Assembly: GCA_963834385.1 (NCBI GenBank)
Contig: CAWIBO010000005.1
Location: 352,001 to 416,000 of the forward strand
DNA from: an uncultured Verrucomicrobiae bacterium
GTDB taxonomy: Bacteria; Verrucomicrobiota; Verrucomicrobiia; Chthoniobacterales; UBA10450
DNA length: 64,000 bases
Direction of reading: 5' to 3'
Within the stretch, counting starts at the first letter, position 1. Each line of letters starts with the position of its first letter. The notes below the pieces were generated by a model, which searched no databases, was not told the origin of the DNA, and worked only from the letters and a program-made list of their open reading frames with translations. Positions 1 to 12,036 of this stretch are shown piece by piece. Position numbers and translations under genes: made by a program.

Positions 1-648
1 GCCCTGGAGGCCGACCACCTGGAACCCGTAGGCGCGTCCGAAATAATTGTAGGCGTCGTGGCTGGTCACGAGGATGCGCCGTTCCGGCGGCAGCTCGGCC
101 GCTTTCTGCACCGCCCACTGGTGCAGGGTCTCGAGGCGTGCGCGCGTTTCCTGCGCGCGGCGGCGGTAGAGTTCGGCGCCGGCCGGGTCGGCTTCGCTCA
201 GGCCTTTCTCGATCGTGGCCAGACATTCCTGCCAGAGGGTGACATCAAACCAGACATGCGGGTCGTAATGGCCGGCGAACTCGGGGGGCTCGAGCAAACG
301 CTCCGGCGGGATGGTCTCGGTTACGGCATAAACGAAACGCTGGGAGCGGGCGAGCTTCGCCAGGACATCCTGCATTTTGCCTTCGAGGAGCAGGCCGACG
401 TAGAAAATGATATCGGCGTCGCGGAGCCGGGTGAGATCGGCCGCGGTGGCTTTGTAAAGGTGGGGATCGACGCCGGGCCCCATGAGCGGGGTGACCGCGA
501 CCCGGTCGCCGCCGACCTGTTGGGCGAGATCGGCGATCATGGCGACGGTGGTGGTGACCTTGAGCGGGAGACTGGGTTCGCGGGCGGGGGGCGGGGAACA
601 GGCGTGGAAAAGAGCGGGGAGCAGGAGGAGAAGAAAGCGGCGCTTCAT
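1..648 (-). CDS. Mn/Zn/Fe ABC transporter substrate-binding lipoprotein (TroA/MntA family), runs off the window start
   Basis: Not in the ORF track; translated by hand from ATG at 648: MKRRFLLLLLPALFHAC (lipobox-like)...VTTTVAMIADL...GPGVDPHLY...DPHVWFD...LVTSHDAYNYFGRAYG; open to position 1. Confidence 0.9.
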   Translation of the reverse strand, partial: MKRRFLLLLLPALFHACSPPPAREPSLPLKVTTTVAMIADLAQQVGGDRVAVTPLMGPGVDPHLYKATAADLTRLRDADIIFYVGLLLEGKMQDVLAKLARSQRFVYAVTETIPPERLLEPPEFAGHYDPHVWFDVTLWQECLATIEKGLSEADPAGAELYRRRAQETRARLETLHQWAVQKAAELPPERRILVTSHDAYNYFGRAYGFQVVGLQG

Positions 649-769
649 TATAGGAAATACAAACAAAGTTAGGCAAGACTAAATCCCGGCGGCGGGGTTG
701 TCAAGCCGGAAGGTGGGCCCGGCCGGATTCGGTGGCAGAGGGGGCTGACCCGCGCTTAGGTGGCGCTGC

Positions 770-1996
770 ATGAAGGCGCTCTTCCTGACCAACGAGTATC
801 CTCCGCACATCTATGGCGGCGCCGGCGTGCACGTCGATTATCTCTCGCGCGAACTGGCCCGGCTGATCGAGGTGGAGGTGCGCTGCTTTGGCGACCAGCA
901 AAGCGAGGGGAAAAACCTGCGCGTGCGCGGGTTCGAGGCCGACACCGCTGCCTACGCCTGCCCGAAGCCGCTTCGGTCCGTCTTCGGTGCCCTCGAGCGC
1001 TGCAACGATTTCAACGCCGCCGGGATCGACGCCGACGTGGTGCATTGCCACACCTGGTACAGCCATTGGGGCGGGATTCTCGCGAAAAAGAACTACGGTC
1101 TTCCGCTGGTGATCACGGTGCACTCGCTCGAGCCGTTGCGGCCCTGGAAACGCGAGCAGCTCGGCGGCGGCTACGATTTCAGTCTCTGGGTGGAAAAAAC
1201 CGCGCTGGAAATGGCGGACGCCGTCATCGCCGTTTCGCAGGAGACCAAGTCCGATATCCAGCGCCTCTTCAAGGTGCCGGATGATCGGCTGCATATTGTC
1301 TACAACGGGATCGACCTGGAGGAATACCGGAAGGTCACGACCACGGCGGCGCTGGAGCGGTTCGGGATCGATCCGGCCCGGCCTTTCGTCCTCTTTGTCG
1401 GGCGGATCGCCCGCCAGAAGGGCATTGTCCATCTTGCCCGGGCGATCGCGCACATGGAGAAGGGATTCCAGGTCGTCCTTTGCGCGGGGGCGCCCGACAC
1501 CCCGGAGATTGCCGCGGAGATGAGCGCAGCGGTGGAGGCGGCCCGGGCCGGCCGGGGCGACGTGATCTGGATCGACGAGATGGTGGACAAAAAATCGGTC
1601 ATTGAACTTTACTCCCAGGCCGCGGTTTTTTGTTGTCCGTCGATTTACGAGCCGTTTGGGATCATCAACCTCGAGGCGATGGCGTGCGAAACCGCGGTGG
1701 TGGCGAGCGCGGTCGGCGGGATCAAGGAAGTGGTGGTGGACGGCCAGACCGGGCTGCTCGTTCCGCTCGACCAGATGGAGGAAAGTCCGTTCGAGCCGCG
1801 CGACCCCGAGGCTTTTTCCCGCGCGTTGGCGGACCGGATCAACGAGCTGATGCGCGACCAGGAACGCCGTGAAGCCTTCGGGCGGGCCGGCCGGAAACGG
1901 GCGGAGCAAAAATTCGGATGGAACGCCATCGCGCGCGAGACCGTGGCGGTCTACGAGAAGGTGCTCCGGACGGGCGGGCGCGCCGCCGTTTCCTGA
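770..1996 (+). CDS. glgA: GT4 glycogen synthase of the actinobacterial GlgA/GlgM type
   Basis: TNEYPPHIYGGAGVHV, HSLEPLRPWKREQLGGGY and PSIYEPFGIINLEAMAC motifs. Confidence 0.88.
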   Translation: MKALFLTNEYPPHIYGGAGVHVDYLSRELARLIEVEVRCFGDQQSEGKNLRVRGFEADTAAYACPKPLRSVFGALERCNDFNAAGIDADVVHCHTWYSHWGGILAKKNYGLPLVITVHSLEPLRPWKREQLGGGYDFSLWVEKTALEMADAVIAVSQETKSDIQRLFKVPDDRLHIVYNGIDLEEYRKVTTTAALERFGIDPARPFVLFVGRIARQKGIVHLARAIAHMEKGFQVVLCAGAPDTPEIAAEMSAAVEAARAGRGDVIWIDEMVDKKSVIELYSQAAVFCCPSIYEPFGIINLEAMACETAVVASAVGGIKEVVVDGQTGLLVPLDQMEESPFEPRDPEAFSRALADRINELMRDQERREAFGRAGRKRAEQKFGWNAIARETVAVYEKVLRTGGRAAVS

Positions 1997-2044
1997 CCCG
2001 ATTTCGCGCGGGACAGGTTCGCCGAGGAGTGGCACTTTGGACCG

Positions 2045-3175
2045 ATGTTTGTCGACCGAATAAGGATCTTTGCGCAGGCCGGGAAAGGGGGGCGCGGCTG
2101 CGTCAGCTTCCGCCGCGAAAAGTTTGTGCCCAAGGGCGGGCCGGACGGTGGCGACGGCGGCAAGGGGGGCGACATCATTTTGCAGGCGGACAAAAACACC
2201 GACAACCTGACCGCGCTTTTCTACGAGCCGATCGTCAAGGCCAAGAGCGGCGTGCACGGGCAGGGGAAGAAGAAGCATGGGCGTTCCGCCGTGGCGAAGG
2301 TGGTGAAGGTGCCGGTGGGCACAATTGTTTACGAGGCGGCGGCGCCGGTCCGGCGGGACGAGTGGGAAGAGGAGAAGGTTGAGGCGGGAGAAGAGAAGGC
2401 GCCCGTCTTGCCGCCGGTGTTGGGCGAGCCGGTCGCGGACCTGGCGCGGGACGGCGAGGAATTTGTGCTTTGCCGCGGCGGCGCAGGCGGCAAGGGCAAC
2501 GTGCATTTCAAGAGTTCACGCAACCGGGCGCCGATCCAGTACACCGAAGGCGCGGACGGCGAGGAGGGCCATTTCCTTTTCGAGCTGCGGACCATCGCTG
2601 ACGTCGGGCTGGTCGGTTATCCCAACGCGGGCAAGTCCACCCTGCTGACGCGTCTTTCCGCAGCCCATCCGAAAATTGCGCCGTATCCGTTTACCACCCT
2701 GCATCCGGCGGTCGGGGTGGTGGAGATGGGCGAGTACGCGCGGATCACGGTGGCCGATATTCCCGGCCTGATTGAAGGGGCGCATCGAAATCTCGGGCTG
2801 GGGCACGATTTTTTGCGGCATATCACCCGCTGCCGCGTCCTGTTGTTCGTGCTCGACACGGCGGGGAGCGAGGGGCGGCATCCGGCGGAGGATCTGCAGA
2901 CGCTGCGGCGGGAACTGGACCTGTATGATGCCCGGCTCTCGCGCCGTCCGTGGTTCGTCGCGGCCAACAAAATGGACCTTCCGGGCGCGATTGAGCATCT
3001 GGAGGCGCTGCGCCAGCGTTTCCCCGGGGTGAACATGGTTCCCATCTCGGCGGAGAAGCGCGCAGGGCTGGACGAACTTAAAGAACAACTGGCACGGATG
3101 TTACCTTCCGAGCCGGCCGCGGACGCGCCGAAAGAGGAAGGCGCCGACATGGTGGAAGCCGAGAATATCCGTTAG
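2045..3175 (+). CDS. obgE: GTPase ObgE/CgtA
   Basis: MFVDR...GGPDGGDGGKGG Obg fold; GYPNAGKS, YPFTT, DIPG, NKMD. Confidence 0.97.
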   Translation: MFVDRIRIFAQAGKGGRGCVSFRREKFVPKGGPDGGDGGKGGDIILQADKNTDNLTALFYEPIVKAKSGVHGQGKKKHGRSAVAKVVKVPVGTIVYEAAAPVRRDEWEEEKVEAGEEKAPVLPPVLGEPVADLARDGEEFVLCRGGAGGKGNVHFKSSRNRAPIQYTEGADGEEGHFLFELRTIADVGLVGYPNAGKSTLLTRLSAAHPKIAPYPFTTLHPAVGVVEMGEYARITVADIPGLIEGAHRNLGLGHDFLRHITRCRVLLFVLDTAGSEGRHPAEDLQTLRRELDLYDARLSRRPWFVAANKMDLPGAIEHLEALRQRFPGVNMVPISAEKRAGLDELKEQLARMLPSEPAADAPKEEGADMVEAENIR

Positions 3176-3177
3176 AC

Positions 3178-4434
3178 ATGGTGAAAAGTTCCGCCCAAAG
3201 TCGGCCTCCCATGGAGGCGCGCACGGTTGCCAGCTATTGCACCACCTTCCTCAAGCCGGAGATGCTCCATGTCTACCGGCAGGTGACGGGGCTGCAGCGT
3301 TATCGCACCTTTGTCATGACACGGGCGTTGCAGGACGCCGACCGTTTTCCGTTCCCCGACGTTGAGATCCTGCCGCGGCCGCACATGAATCTGTTCCGGC
3401 ACGGGTATCTGAAGTTCATCGAGAAACGGCCGCCGGTGATTTACCGGGGCGAATACCAGATGCTCTCGTCGCTGCTCGAGGGGCGCGGGGCCGACCTGAT
3501 GCACATTTATTTCGGGCACACCGGAGTCCATTTGCTGCCTTTCATCGAGGTCTGGAACAAGCCCTGCGTGGTCTCGTTCCATGGCGCGGATGTGGCGGTG
3601 AAAAAGGATGTGCCCGATTACGCCGCCAAACTGGCGCGCCTCTTCAAGGCGGCCACGCTCGTCTTTGCGCGCTCGGAGTCGCTGGCGGCGCGTTTGCGGC
3701 AGTTCGGTTGCGCCGAGGAAAAACTCCGGATCAATCGCACCGGCGTGCCGCTCCATCGTTTTCCCTTCCGGGAGCGAACCCCGGCCGAGGCGGGCCAATG
3801 GAAGATCGTGCAGGCCTGCCGCTTGATTCCGAAAAAGGGGCTGGTCACCGCCCTGAAGGCCTTTGCCCGGGTCCTCGCGCGCCATCCGCAGGTCCATTTT
3901 TGCATCGCCGGCAAGGGTCCGATGCAGCGGGAGCTGGAGGAATTGTGCGACCGGCTGGGCATTGCGGAGCACGTCACTTTCGCCGGCTTCCTTTCGCAGG
4001 AAGATCTCTGCGAGCTTTATCACGAGTCCCATCTGTTCCTGCACCCGAGCGAAATGCAGCCGGACCAGGACCAGGAAGGCGTGCCCAACTCGATGCTGGA
4101 AGCGATGGCCACCGGTCTGCCCGTGGTGGCCACCCGCCATGGTGGCATCCCGGAGGCGGTGGAGCATGGCGAAACCGGTCTCCTGGTGGAGGAACGGAAC
4201 GAAGTGGCTCTGGCGGACGCGATCACGACACTGCTTGAGTCAACCGAGCTGCAACGGTCGCTCGGGCGCGCCGCCAGCCATTCCGTGGCCCACCAATTCG
4301 AGCAGCAGACGCAGATCGCGCGGTTGGAAAGCTTTTACGATGAGGCCATTGCCCGCGGCGCGGAACAGCCGGCGACCGAGCCCGTCTCCACTTTTCCCGG
4401 TCTTTCCTTGCAGGGCCAGACCGCGTTGAAGTAA
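3178..4434 (+). CDS. Glycosyltransferase family 4 (WcaL-like); start may be 3211
   Basis: SFHGADV, RLIPKKG, EGVPNSMLEAMATGLPVVATRHGGIPE. Confidence 0.88.
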   Translation: MVKSSAQSRPPMEARTVASYCTTFLKPEMLHVYRQVTGLQRYRTFVMTRALQDADRFPFPDVEILPRPHMNLFRHGYLKFIEKRPPVIYRGEYQMLSSLLEGRGADLMHIYFGHTGVHLLPFIEVWNKPCVVSFHGADVAVKKDVPDYAAKLARLFKAATLVFARSESLAARLRQFGCAEEKLRINRTGVPLHRFPFRERTPAEAGQWKIVQACRLIPKKGLVTALKAFARVLARHPQVHFCIAGKGPMQRELEELCDRLGIAEHVTFAGFLSQEDLCELYHESHLFLHPSEMQPDQDQEGVPNSMLEAMATGLPVVATRHGGIPEAVEHGETGLLVEERNEVALADAITTLLESTELQRSLGRAASHSVAHQFEQQTQIARLESFYDEAIARGAEQPATEPVSTFPGLSLQGQTALK

Positions 4435-4598
4435 CGGGCGCGCTTTCTCTCCAAAAAAAGGGCGGAAAGTCGCTTGTCAGAACCGCAAAACAGGCTTTGC
4501 TATGCGCGCACGCAAGCGTCCCTTGTGTTGAGTGCGAGGCCTCGCGGCCGCCGCACCGGCAGAGAGTTCGGGCCGCTGCCTTGCAGATACCCATACGC

Positions 4599-5543
4599 AT
4601 GCCGTTTCGTTCCTTTTTAGTTTTTGTCAGCCTGTTCTTCCTCGTCGCCGGCGGGGAAATGTTCGCGGCCGCGCCGGCCGCGGATCAACACGGGACCGCC
4701 GCGGGCGAACACGCCGCCGGGCACGACGAACACCACACTCTGCCGCTGCACGCGGTGCCCCTTTTCCAGATCGGCAAGTTCCCCGTGACCAACTCGATCC
4801 TGGTCACCTGGGTCGTGGCCGCCCTCATCATCTTTTTCGCGCAGATGGCCACCCGCAAAATCCAGGCGGTCCCGAGCGGCGCCCAGAATTTCTGGGAATG
4901 GCTCGTGGAAAGCCTCTACGATTTCCTCGGGAACGTCATCGGGGCAAAGCTGGTGAAGATGACCTTCTGGTTTTTCGCCACCACCTTCATCTTCATCCTT
5001 TTCCTTAACTGGTTCGGCCTCATCCCCGGCGTGGGCACGATCGGCTGGGGCCATACCAATCCGGCTACTGGCAACTTTATCGTCACGCGCCCGCTCCTGC
5101 GCGGCGCCAATGCCGACCTGAACCTGACGCTCGCGATGGCCTGCGTCTTCTTCGTCCTCTGGATCATCTGGGCCATCCGGATGAACGGCGTCGGCGGCGT
5201 GCTCGTCCACGTCTTTGGCCCGAAAGGCGAGACCTCGGGCGCGCTCAAGGTCCTGATGGTGGTCATTTTCTTTCTCGTCGGCATCCTCGAGGTGGTTTCG
5301 ATTCTTTTCCGCCCGATTTCGCTCAGCTTCCGGTTGTTCGGAAACATCTATGCCGGCGAAGTGATGCTCGAGTCGATGGCGGCGGTGGGCGGCCAGTTTC
5401 TCGCCTGGCTTGTCCCGATCCCGTTTTACTTTTTGGAATTGCTGGTGGGCCTGGTTCAGGCCCTCGTTTTCATGCTGCTCACCGGGGTCTTTACGCTCCT
5501 GATTGCGCCGCATGAACCGGGGCACGATTCATCCCATCACTAG
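4599..5543 (+). CDS. atpB: F0F1 ATP synthase subunit a
   Basis: FRPISLSFRLFGNIYAGE, LELLVGLVQALVF; first gene of the atp operon; ATG at 4599 preferred. Confidence 0.95.
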   Translation: MPFRSFLVFVSLFFLVAGGEMFAAAPAADQHGTAAGEHAAGHDEHHTLPLHAVPLFQIGKFPVTNSILVTWVVAALIIFFAQMATRKIQAVPSGAQNFWEWLVESLYDFLGNVIGAKLVKMTFWFFATTFIFILFLNWFGLIPGVGTIGWGHTNPATGNFIVTRPLLRGANADLNLTLAMACVFFVLWIIWAIRMNGVGGVLVHVFGPKGETSGALKVLMVVIFFLVGILEVVSILFRPISLSFRLFGNIYAGEVMLESMAAVGGQFLAWLVPIPFYFLELLVGLVQALVFMLLTGVFTLLIAPHEPGHDSSHH

Positions 5544-5609
5544 ATAAACAATTTTGGCGGTTGTGACCGTGGTTCCCGCGGAAGCCGCCGAAGAGAAAGG
5601 AAAAAACAA

Positions 5610-5819
5610 ATGACACCAATACTCGCAGAATTAACAGGCAGCCTTCACGTCGGTCTCGCGGCGCTGGGCGCGGCGGTCGGCGTGGGTTTGATCGGCATGG
5701 GCGCCTCGAGCGCGGTCGGTCGCAACCCCGGCGCGGCCACCCCGATCCTGGTGCAGGCGATTCTCGCGATCGCGCTCGCGGAAGCGATCGTGTTCTACGC
5801 CCTGTTCCTCGTTAAGTAA
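5610..5819 (+). CDS. atpE: F0F1 ATP synthase subunit c
   Basis: GxGxGxG helix, GRNP loop, LAEA carboxylate. Confidence 0.96.
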   Translation: MTPILAELTGSLHVGLAALGAAVGVGLIGMGASSAVGRNPGAATPILVQAILAIALAEAIVFYALFLVK

Positions 5820-5823
5820 TCCC

Positions 5824-5856
5824 GCGGGCGCGGGCGCTTCGGCGTCCGCGCCCCGC
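5824..5856 (+). other. GC-rich stem-loop between atpE and atpF (possible mRNA stabiliser or attenuator)
   Basis: gcgggcgcgggcgc-ttcg-gcgtccgcgccccgc followed by actttt. Confidence 0.5.
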
Positions 5857-5867
5857 ACTTTTCCCTT

Positions 5868-6407
5868 ATGTATCTCCATATTCTAGCTCAAGCCGACCTT
5901 CTCGAGACCGCCCGGACCACGGGCGAGACTTTCGGGTTCAACATGTGGCTTTTCCTTTCGCAGGTGATCTCCTTCGTCATCGTGGCCCTGGCCCTGCGCC
6001 GTTTTGCCTACAAGCCGATCCTGGCCGTGCTGGAACAGCGTCGCCAGCAAATCGCCGAGGCGCAGATGAACTCGGAGAAGATCAAGCAGCAACTGGCCGA
6101 GGCCGAGCAGCGTTACGCCGAGATCCTTTCCAAGGCGAACGCGCAGGCGCAGAAGATGATCGACGAGGCGCGTGAAAGCGCCTCGCACGTGGCCGAGCGC
6201 AAACAGCAGGAGGCCGTGGCCGCGGCCGAGCAGATCGTGGCCAAGGCGCGCGAAGCCAGCGCGATCGAGCACGAGCGCACCATGGCGGAGTTGAAACGCG
6301 AGCTGGGCCGCCTGGTCGTCGACACCACCGCGAAGGTCACGGGCAAGGTGCTCACCCCGGAAGACCAGCGCCGGCTCCAGGACGAGGCTTCCCGGCAGGT
6401 CGCCTGA
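5868..6407 (+). CDS. atpF: F0F1 ATP synthase subunit b
   Basis: Single TM helix, FAYKPILAVLEQRR, long coiled coil; operon position. Confidence 0.95.
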   Translation: MYLHILAQADLLETARTTGETFGFNMWLFLSQVISFVIVALALRRFAYKPILAVLEQRRQQIAEAQMNSEKIKQQLAEAEQRYAEILSKANAQAQKMIDEARESASHVAERKQQEAVAAAEQIVAKAREASAIEHERTMAELKRELGRLVVDTTAKVTGKVLTPEDQRRLQDEASRQVA

Positions 6408-6417
6408 CCGTTTCCCG

Positions 6418-6810
6418 ATGAAGGTCAACAAGGAGATACGGCAAATGTCGCGGGCGCTCATGCGGAGCAGCTTCACCGACGGCCAGCTCGACCAGGGGCG
6501 CATCGCCAAGCTGGTCGACTCGATCATCGAGAAAAAGCCGCGCAGCTATCTCCGCATCCTCGAGGAGTTCAAGCGTCTCCTTCGTCTCGAGGTGGAAAAA
6601 CGCACCGCCACCGTGGAAAGCGCGGCCCAGTTGAACCCCGAGGCGGCCGAGAAAATCGTCGTCAACCTGAAGCGGAAATACGGTTCCGATCTTCAAACCA
6701 ATTTCACCACCAACCCGGACCTGCTCGGCGGGATGCGCATTCGCGTCGGCAGCGATGTCTGGGACAGCAGCGTGCGCAATCGCCTCCAGCGCCTCCAACA
6801 ACAACTTTAA
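6418..6810 (+). CDS. atpH: F0F1 ATP synthase subunit delta (short form)
   Basis: [22 protein letters not shown]-terminal motif; operon position. Confidence 0.92.
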   Translation: MKVNKEIRQMSRALMRSSFTDGQLDQGRIAKLVDSIIEKKPRSYLRILEEFKRLLRLEVEKRTATVESAAQLNPEAAEKIVVNLKRKYGSDLQTNFTTNPDLLGGMRIRVGSDVWDSSVRNRLQRLQQQL

Positions 6811-6821
6811 CCTACCAAATC

Positions 6822-8357
6822 ATGAGCACCATACTCGAAGAAATCGAAACCAAGATCGCGGGGCTGAAGACCTCAACCTCCAAAAGTAACGTCGGCATCG
6901 TGCGCGAAGCTGGCGACGGTGTCGCCCGCATTGAAGGCCTGAGCGATGTCATGCTCAATGAAATGATCGAGTTTCCAGGCGGGGTCTTTGGTCTTGCGCT
7001 CAATCTGGAGGAGACGGAAGTGGGTGCAATCCTGCTCGGAGATGCCACCAAAATTTCGGAAGGGGACGAGGCGAAAACGACCGGCAAATTGCTTCAGGTC
7101 CCGGTCGGAAAAGCGCTGCTCGGCCGGGTGGTCAACACCCTGGGCCAGCCGATCGACGGCAAAGGTCCGATCAAAGCGGAGACAAATTATCCGCTGGAGA
7201 AGATCGCGCCGGGCATCATCAAACGTCGCAGCGTCAACCAGCCGGTCCAGACCGGCATCATGGCCATCGACGCCATGATTCCCATTGGCCGGGGCCAGCG
7301 TGAACTCATCATCGGCGATCGGGCCACCGGTAAATCGACCATCGCGATTGACACCATCATCAGCCAGGCCCGTCTCAACCGCGCCGCGGAAGAAGGCCGC
7401 CTGAAGGATCATCGTCCGCTCTATTGCATTTACGTCGCCATCGGCCAGAAGAACTCGAACGTGGCCCGATCGCTGGCGGTCCTGGAGAAGGAAGGGGCGA
7501 TGCCTTACACCACCATCATTTCGGCGCCTGCTTCTGACAGCGCGACGAACCAGTATCTGGCTCCCTTCGCCGGTGCGGCCATGGGTGAGTGGTTCATGGA
7601 TAACAAGATGGACGCCCTCATCATCTATGATGATTTGTCCAAGCACGCCGTGGCTTATCGGCAGGTTTCTCTGGTGCTGAAACGCCCTTCGGGCCGCGAA
7701 GCTTATCCCGGCGACGTTTTCTACCTCCATTCCCGTTTGCTCGAGCGCAGCGCCCGCGTGACGGAAGAATTTGGCGGCGGTTCGTTAACCGCACTGCCTA
7801 TTATCGAAACGCAGGCGGGCGACGTCTCGGCCTACATTCCGACCAACGTTATTTCGATCACGGACGGCCAGATCTATCTGGAGACGGATCTCTTCTATCA
7901 GGGCGTGCGTCCCGCGATTTCAGTCGGTCTTTCGGTCAGCCGCGTTGGTTCCGCGGCGCAAATCAAGGCGATCAAACAGGTGGCCGGCAAAATCAAGCTC
8001 GACCTGGCGCAGTTCCGCGAACTCGCGGCCTTTGCCCAGTTCGGTTCCGATCTTGATGCCGGGACCAAAGCGCGCCTCGATCGCGGTCAACGGATCGTCG
8101 AGCTGTTTAAACAGGTTCAGTACAATCCCATCGCCGTGGAAGAGCAGGTCGCCATTCTCTGGGCGATGCAGAACGGGTTTTTCGATGCCGTGCCCGTGGA
8201 GAAGGTGAAACAGTTCCAGGTCAAGCTGCAGGAATATTTGCAGACGCGAAAAGAGAGTGTCCTGGCGGCGATCCGGGACAAAAAGGCGATCGACAAGGAT
8301 CTGGAGGCGGAACTCTCCTCCGCCCTGAACGATTTCAAGGACACCAGCCCGGTTTAG
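6822..8357 (+). CDS. atpA: F0F1 ATP synthase subunit alpha
   Basis: [38 protein letters not shown]. Confidence 0.98.
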   Translation: MSTILEEIETKIAGLKTSTSKSNVGIVREAGDGVARIEGLSDVMLNEMIEFPGGVFGLALNLEETEVGAILLGDATKISEGDEAKTTGKLLQVPVGKALLGRVVNTLGQPIDGKGPIKAETNYPLEKIAPGIIKRRSVNQPVQTGIMAIDAMIPIGRGQRELIIGDRATGKSTIAIDTIISQARLNRAAEEGRLKDHRPLYCIYVAIGQKNSNVARSLAVLEKEGAMPYTTIISAPASDSATNQYLAPFAGAAMGEWFMDNKMDALIIYDDLSKHAVAYRQVSLVLKRPSGREAYPGDVFYLHSRLLERSARVTEEFGGGSLTALPIIETQAGDVSAYIPTNVISITDGQIYLETDLFYQGVRPAISVGLSVSRVGSAAQIKAIKQVAGKIKLDLAQFRELAAFAQFGSDLDAGTKARLDRGQRIVELFKQVQYNPIAVEEQVAILWAMQNGFFDAVPVEKVKQFQVKLQEYLQTRKESVLAAIRDKKAIDKDLEAELSSALNDFKDTSPV

Positions 8358-8360
8358 GCC

Positions 8361-9239
8361 ATGGCGAGCACCCAGGATATCAGGCGCCGGATCAAATCGA
8401 TCCGGAACACGGCCCAGATCACCAAAGCCATGCAGATGGTGGCGGCTTCGAAAATGCGGAAGGCGCAGCAGCATGCTTTGGCGGGCCGCCCTTATGCCGG
8501 CCTGATGAATCGTGTTCTTGTCTCTCTCCAACAACGCACGGACGCAAAATTGCATCCGCTTTTGCAGGTGCGTGAGGTGAAGAAGGAACTTGTCCTGATC
8601 ATCAGTACCGACAAGGGCCTGGCGGGCGCGCTTAATACCAATCTCCTGCGCGAAACCAGCAATTTCGAGACGGAGAAGACCGACTACGTGGCCTCCGGGA
8701 ACAAGGCCAAGCAGTATGTCACGCGGACGCGGCGAAATCTCGTGGCCGACTTTCAATTAAAAGACGCTCCGACCTTTGCCGAGACCAAGACGATCTCGAA
8801 TTTCCTGATCGAGAAGTTTCTGAGCGGCGAAGTGGACAAGGTCTCAGTCCTCTACACCCATTTCGTGAACACGATCAGCCAGAAGCCGATCAACGCCACC
8901 CTCCTGCCCATCACCAACTTCGAGGCCGTCCAGACGGAGGCCGAAAAAGAGGCAGGGAGCAAGGGCGCCGACCCGTTCAACGGCTACCTCTTCGAGCCGA
9001 GCCCGGAAGGGGTGCTCGACATTATGCTTCCTTACTACATCCAGTTTCAGGTTTTTGCCATGATCCTGGATGCGCGGGCCTCGGAACACAGCGCGCGCAT
9101 GGTCGCGATGAAAAACGCGACGGATAACGCCAAGCAATTCATCAAAGACCTGACGCTCGAATACAACAAAGTGCGTCAGGCCGCCATCACCACGGAGCTG
9201 CTCGAGATTTCGACCGCCCAGATGGCCGTCTCAGGATAG
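8361..9239 (+). CDS. atpG: F0F1 ATP synthase subunit gamma
   Basis: IRRRIKSIRNTAQITKAM, SEHSARMVAM, RQAAITTELLEI. Confidence 0.98.
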   Translation: MASTQDIRRRIKSIRNTAQITKAMQMVAASKMRKAQQHALAGRPYAGLMNRVLVSLQQRTDAKLHPLLQVREVKKELVLIISTDKGLAGALNTNLLRETSNFETEKTDYVASGNKAKQYVTRTRRNLVADFQLKDAPTFAETKTISNFLIEKFLSGEVDKVSVLYTHFVNTISQKPINATLLPITNFEAVQTEAEKEAGSKGADPFNGYLFEPSPEGVLDIMLPYYIQFQVFAMILDARASEHSARMVAMKNATDNAKQFIKDLTLEYNKVRQAAITTELLEISTAQMAVSG

Positions 9240-10667
<1,428 letters not shown>

Positions 10668-10700
10668 GGATCCTTTCCTCCTAACTCTCAACTTCCCCAG

Positions 10701-11111
10701 ATGGCTGAAACCTTAAGACTCGAGATCGTGACTCCCGACGCGAAGGCGTACTCGGAGGACGTGAACATGGTCGTGATTCCGGGCACGGAGGGTGAGCTTG
10801 GAATTTACCCTCGGCACGTCCCCCTGCTCACCACTCTGAAACCGGGTGAATTGCGCGTGCTCAAGGATGGCCGGGAATCATTTCTGGCCGTCGGCGAAGG
10901 CTTCGTGGAAGTGACCGGCGATAGTGTCTCCGTCCTGACGGATGTTGCTCTGGAGGCGTCGAATATCGATGTGGAGGCCGCGGAAGCCGCGATCGAACGG
11001 GCGAAGAAGGCCATGAAGGAGGATCTCGGTTCCGAAGAGATCGCGGCGGTGCAGGCATCGATGCAAAAGGCGCTGGCGCAATTGCACGTGAAACGTCGGC
11101 GCCGCTCCTAG
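10701..11111 (+). CDS. atpC: F0F1 ATP synthase subunit epsilon
   Basis: LEIVTPD, GELGIYPRH, GFVEV. Confidence 0.96.
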   Translation: MAETLRLEIVTPDAKAYSEDVNMVVIPGTEGELGIYPRHVPLLTTLKPGELRVLKDGRESFLAVGEGFVEVTGDSVSVLTDVALEASNIDVEAAEAAIERAKKAMKEDLGSEEIAAVQASMQKALAQLHVKRRRRS

Positions 11112-11137
11112 CGCGGGGCGTGGTTGAGTTCTGATTC

Positions 11138-11170
11138 AGGGGCACGTCCCCAGACGTTGGACTGTGCCCT
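11138..11170 (+). terminator. Hairpin after the atp operon
   Basis: aggggcac-gtcc...ggac-tgtgcccct inverted repeat; weak U-tract. Confidence 0.4.
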
Positions 11171-11217
11171 CACAAACGCCTTTGCCCCGGCGCGAATTCC
11201 TGACCTAATCATCGGCC

Positions 11218-12036
11218 ATGGAAGGGAAGCCGCCTGCCGTCCTCGGTTTGATCGCCGGGAACGGTGTTTATCCGCTCGAATGGGCTGACGCGGCGCGGGC
11301 TGCCGGCGTGGGCCGGATTGTGACCGTTGCTTTCACCGGCGAAACGCGGCCGGAGATCGCGCAGAAGACCGACGAAGTGCACTGGCTCCGGGTGGGCCAG
11401 CTCGGCCGGATGATCTCCTTCCTGGCCGAGGCCGGGGCGAAACAGGCGATCATGGCGGGCCAGATCGCGCCGCGAAACCTGTTTGATCTCCGGCCTGACT
11501 GGAAAGCGCTGCTGCTTTTGGCCCGGCTGAAACAGCGGAACGCCGAATCGATTTTCGCCGCCATCGGCGACGAACTGGCCCGGAACGATATTCAACTTTT
11601 GCCCGCGACCACGTTCCTCGAGGGAGCGCTGGCCCCGGAGGGACTGATCGTGGGCCGGCGCCTTTCGCGCCGTGAGGAAGAGGATGTGGCCTACGGCTGG
11701 CAGATCGCGAAGGAAATCAGCCGGCTCGATATCGGACAGACCGTGGTGGTGCGTAACGGCACCGTGCTCGCGGTTGAGGCTTTTGAGGGCACCAACGAAG
11801 CCCTGACCCGTGGCGGAACGCTCGGGCGCAAAGGAGCCGTGGCCGTGAAAGTATCAAAACCGAACCAGGACATGCGCTTCGACGTCCCGGTCATCGGCCC
11901 GGAAACCATCGAGATCGCAGCGGCCGCGTCCCTCCGGGTCATCGCCGTCGAAGCCGGCCGCACCCTGCTCCTGGAACGCGAGAAACTCCAGGCCGCCGCC
12001 ACCACCGCCGGCATCACGCTGGTGGGAAAACGCTGA
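11218..12036 (+). CDS. lpxI: UDP-2,3-diacylglucosamine diphosphatase LpxI
   Basis: GLIAGNG, LDIGQTVVV, AVEAFEGT, KPNQDMRFDVPVIG. Confidence 0.93.
   Translation: MEGKPPAVLGLIAGNGVYPLEWADAARAAGVGRIVTVAFTGETRPEIAQKTDEVHWLRVGQLGRMISFLAEAGAKQAIMAGQIAPRNLFDLRPDWKALLLLARLKQRNAESIFAAIGDELARNDIQLLPATTFLEGALAPEGLIVGRRLSRREEEDVAYGWQIAKEISRLDIGQTVVVRNGTVLAVEAFEGTNEALTRGGTLGRKGAVAVKVSKPNQDMRFDVPVIGPETIEIAAAASLRVIAVEAGRTLLLEREKLQAAATTAGITLVGKR

Noticed and set aside
5610..5819. Na+-translocating ATP synthase
   Set aside because: Subunit c has LAEAI and lacks the Gln and Glu-Ser/Thr Na+ ligands; consistent with H+ coupling
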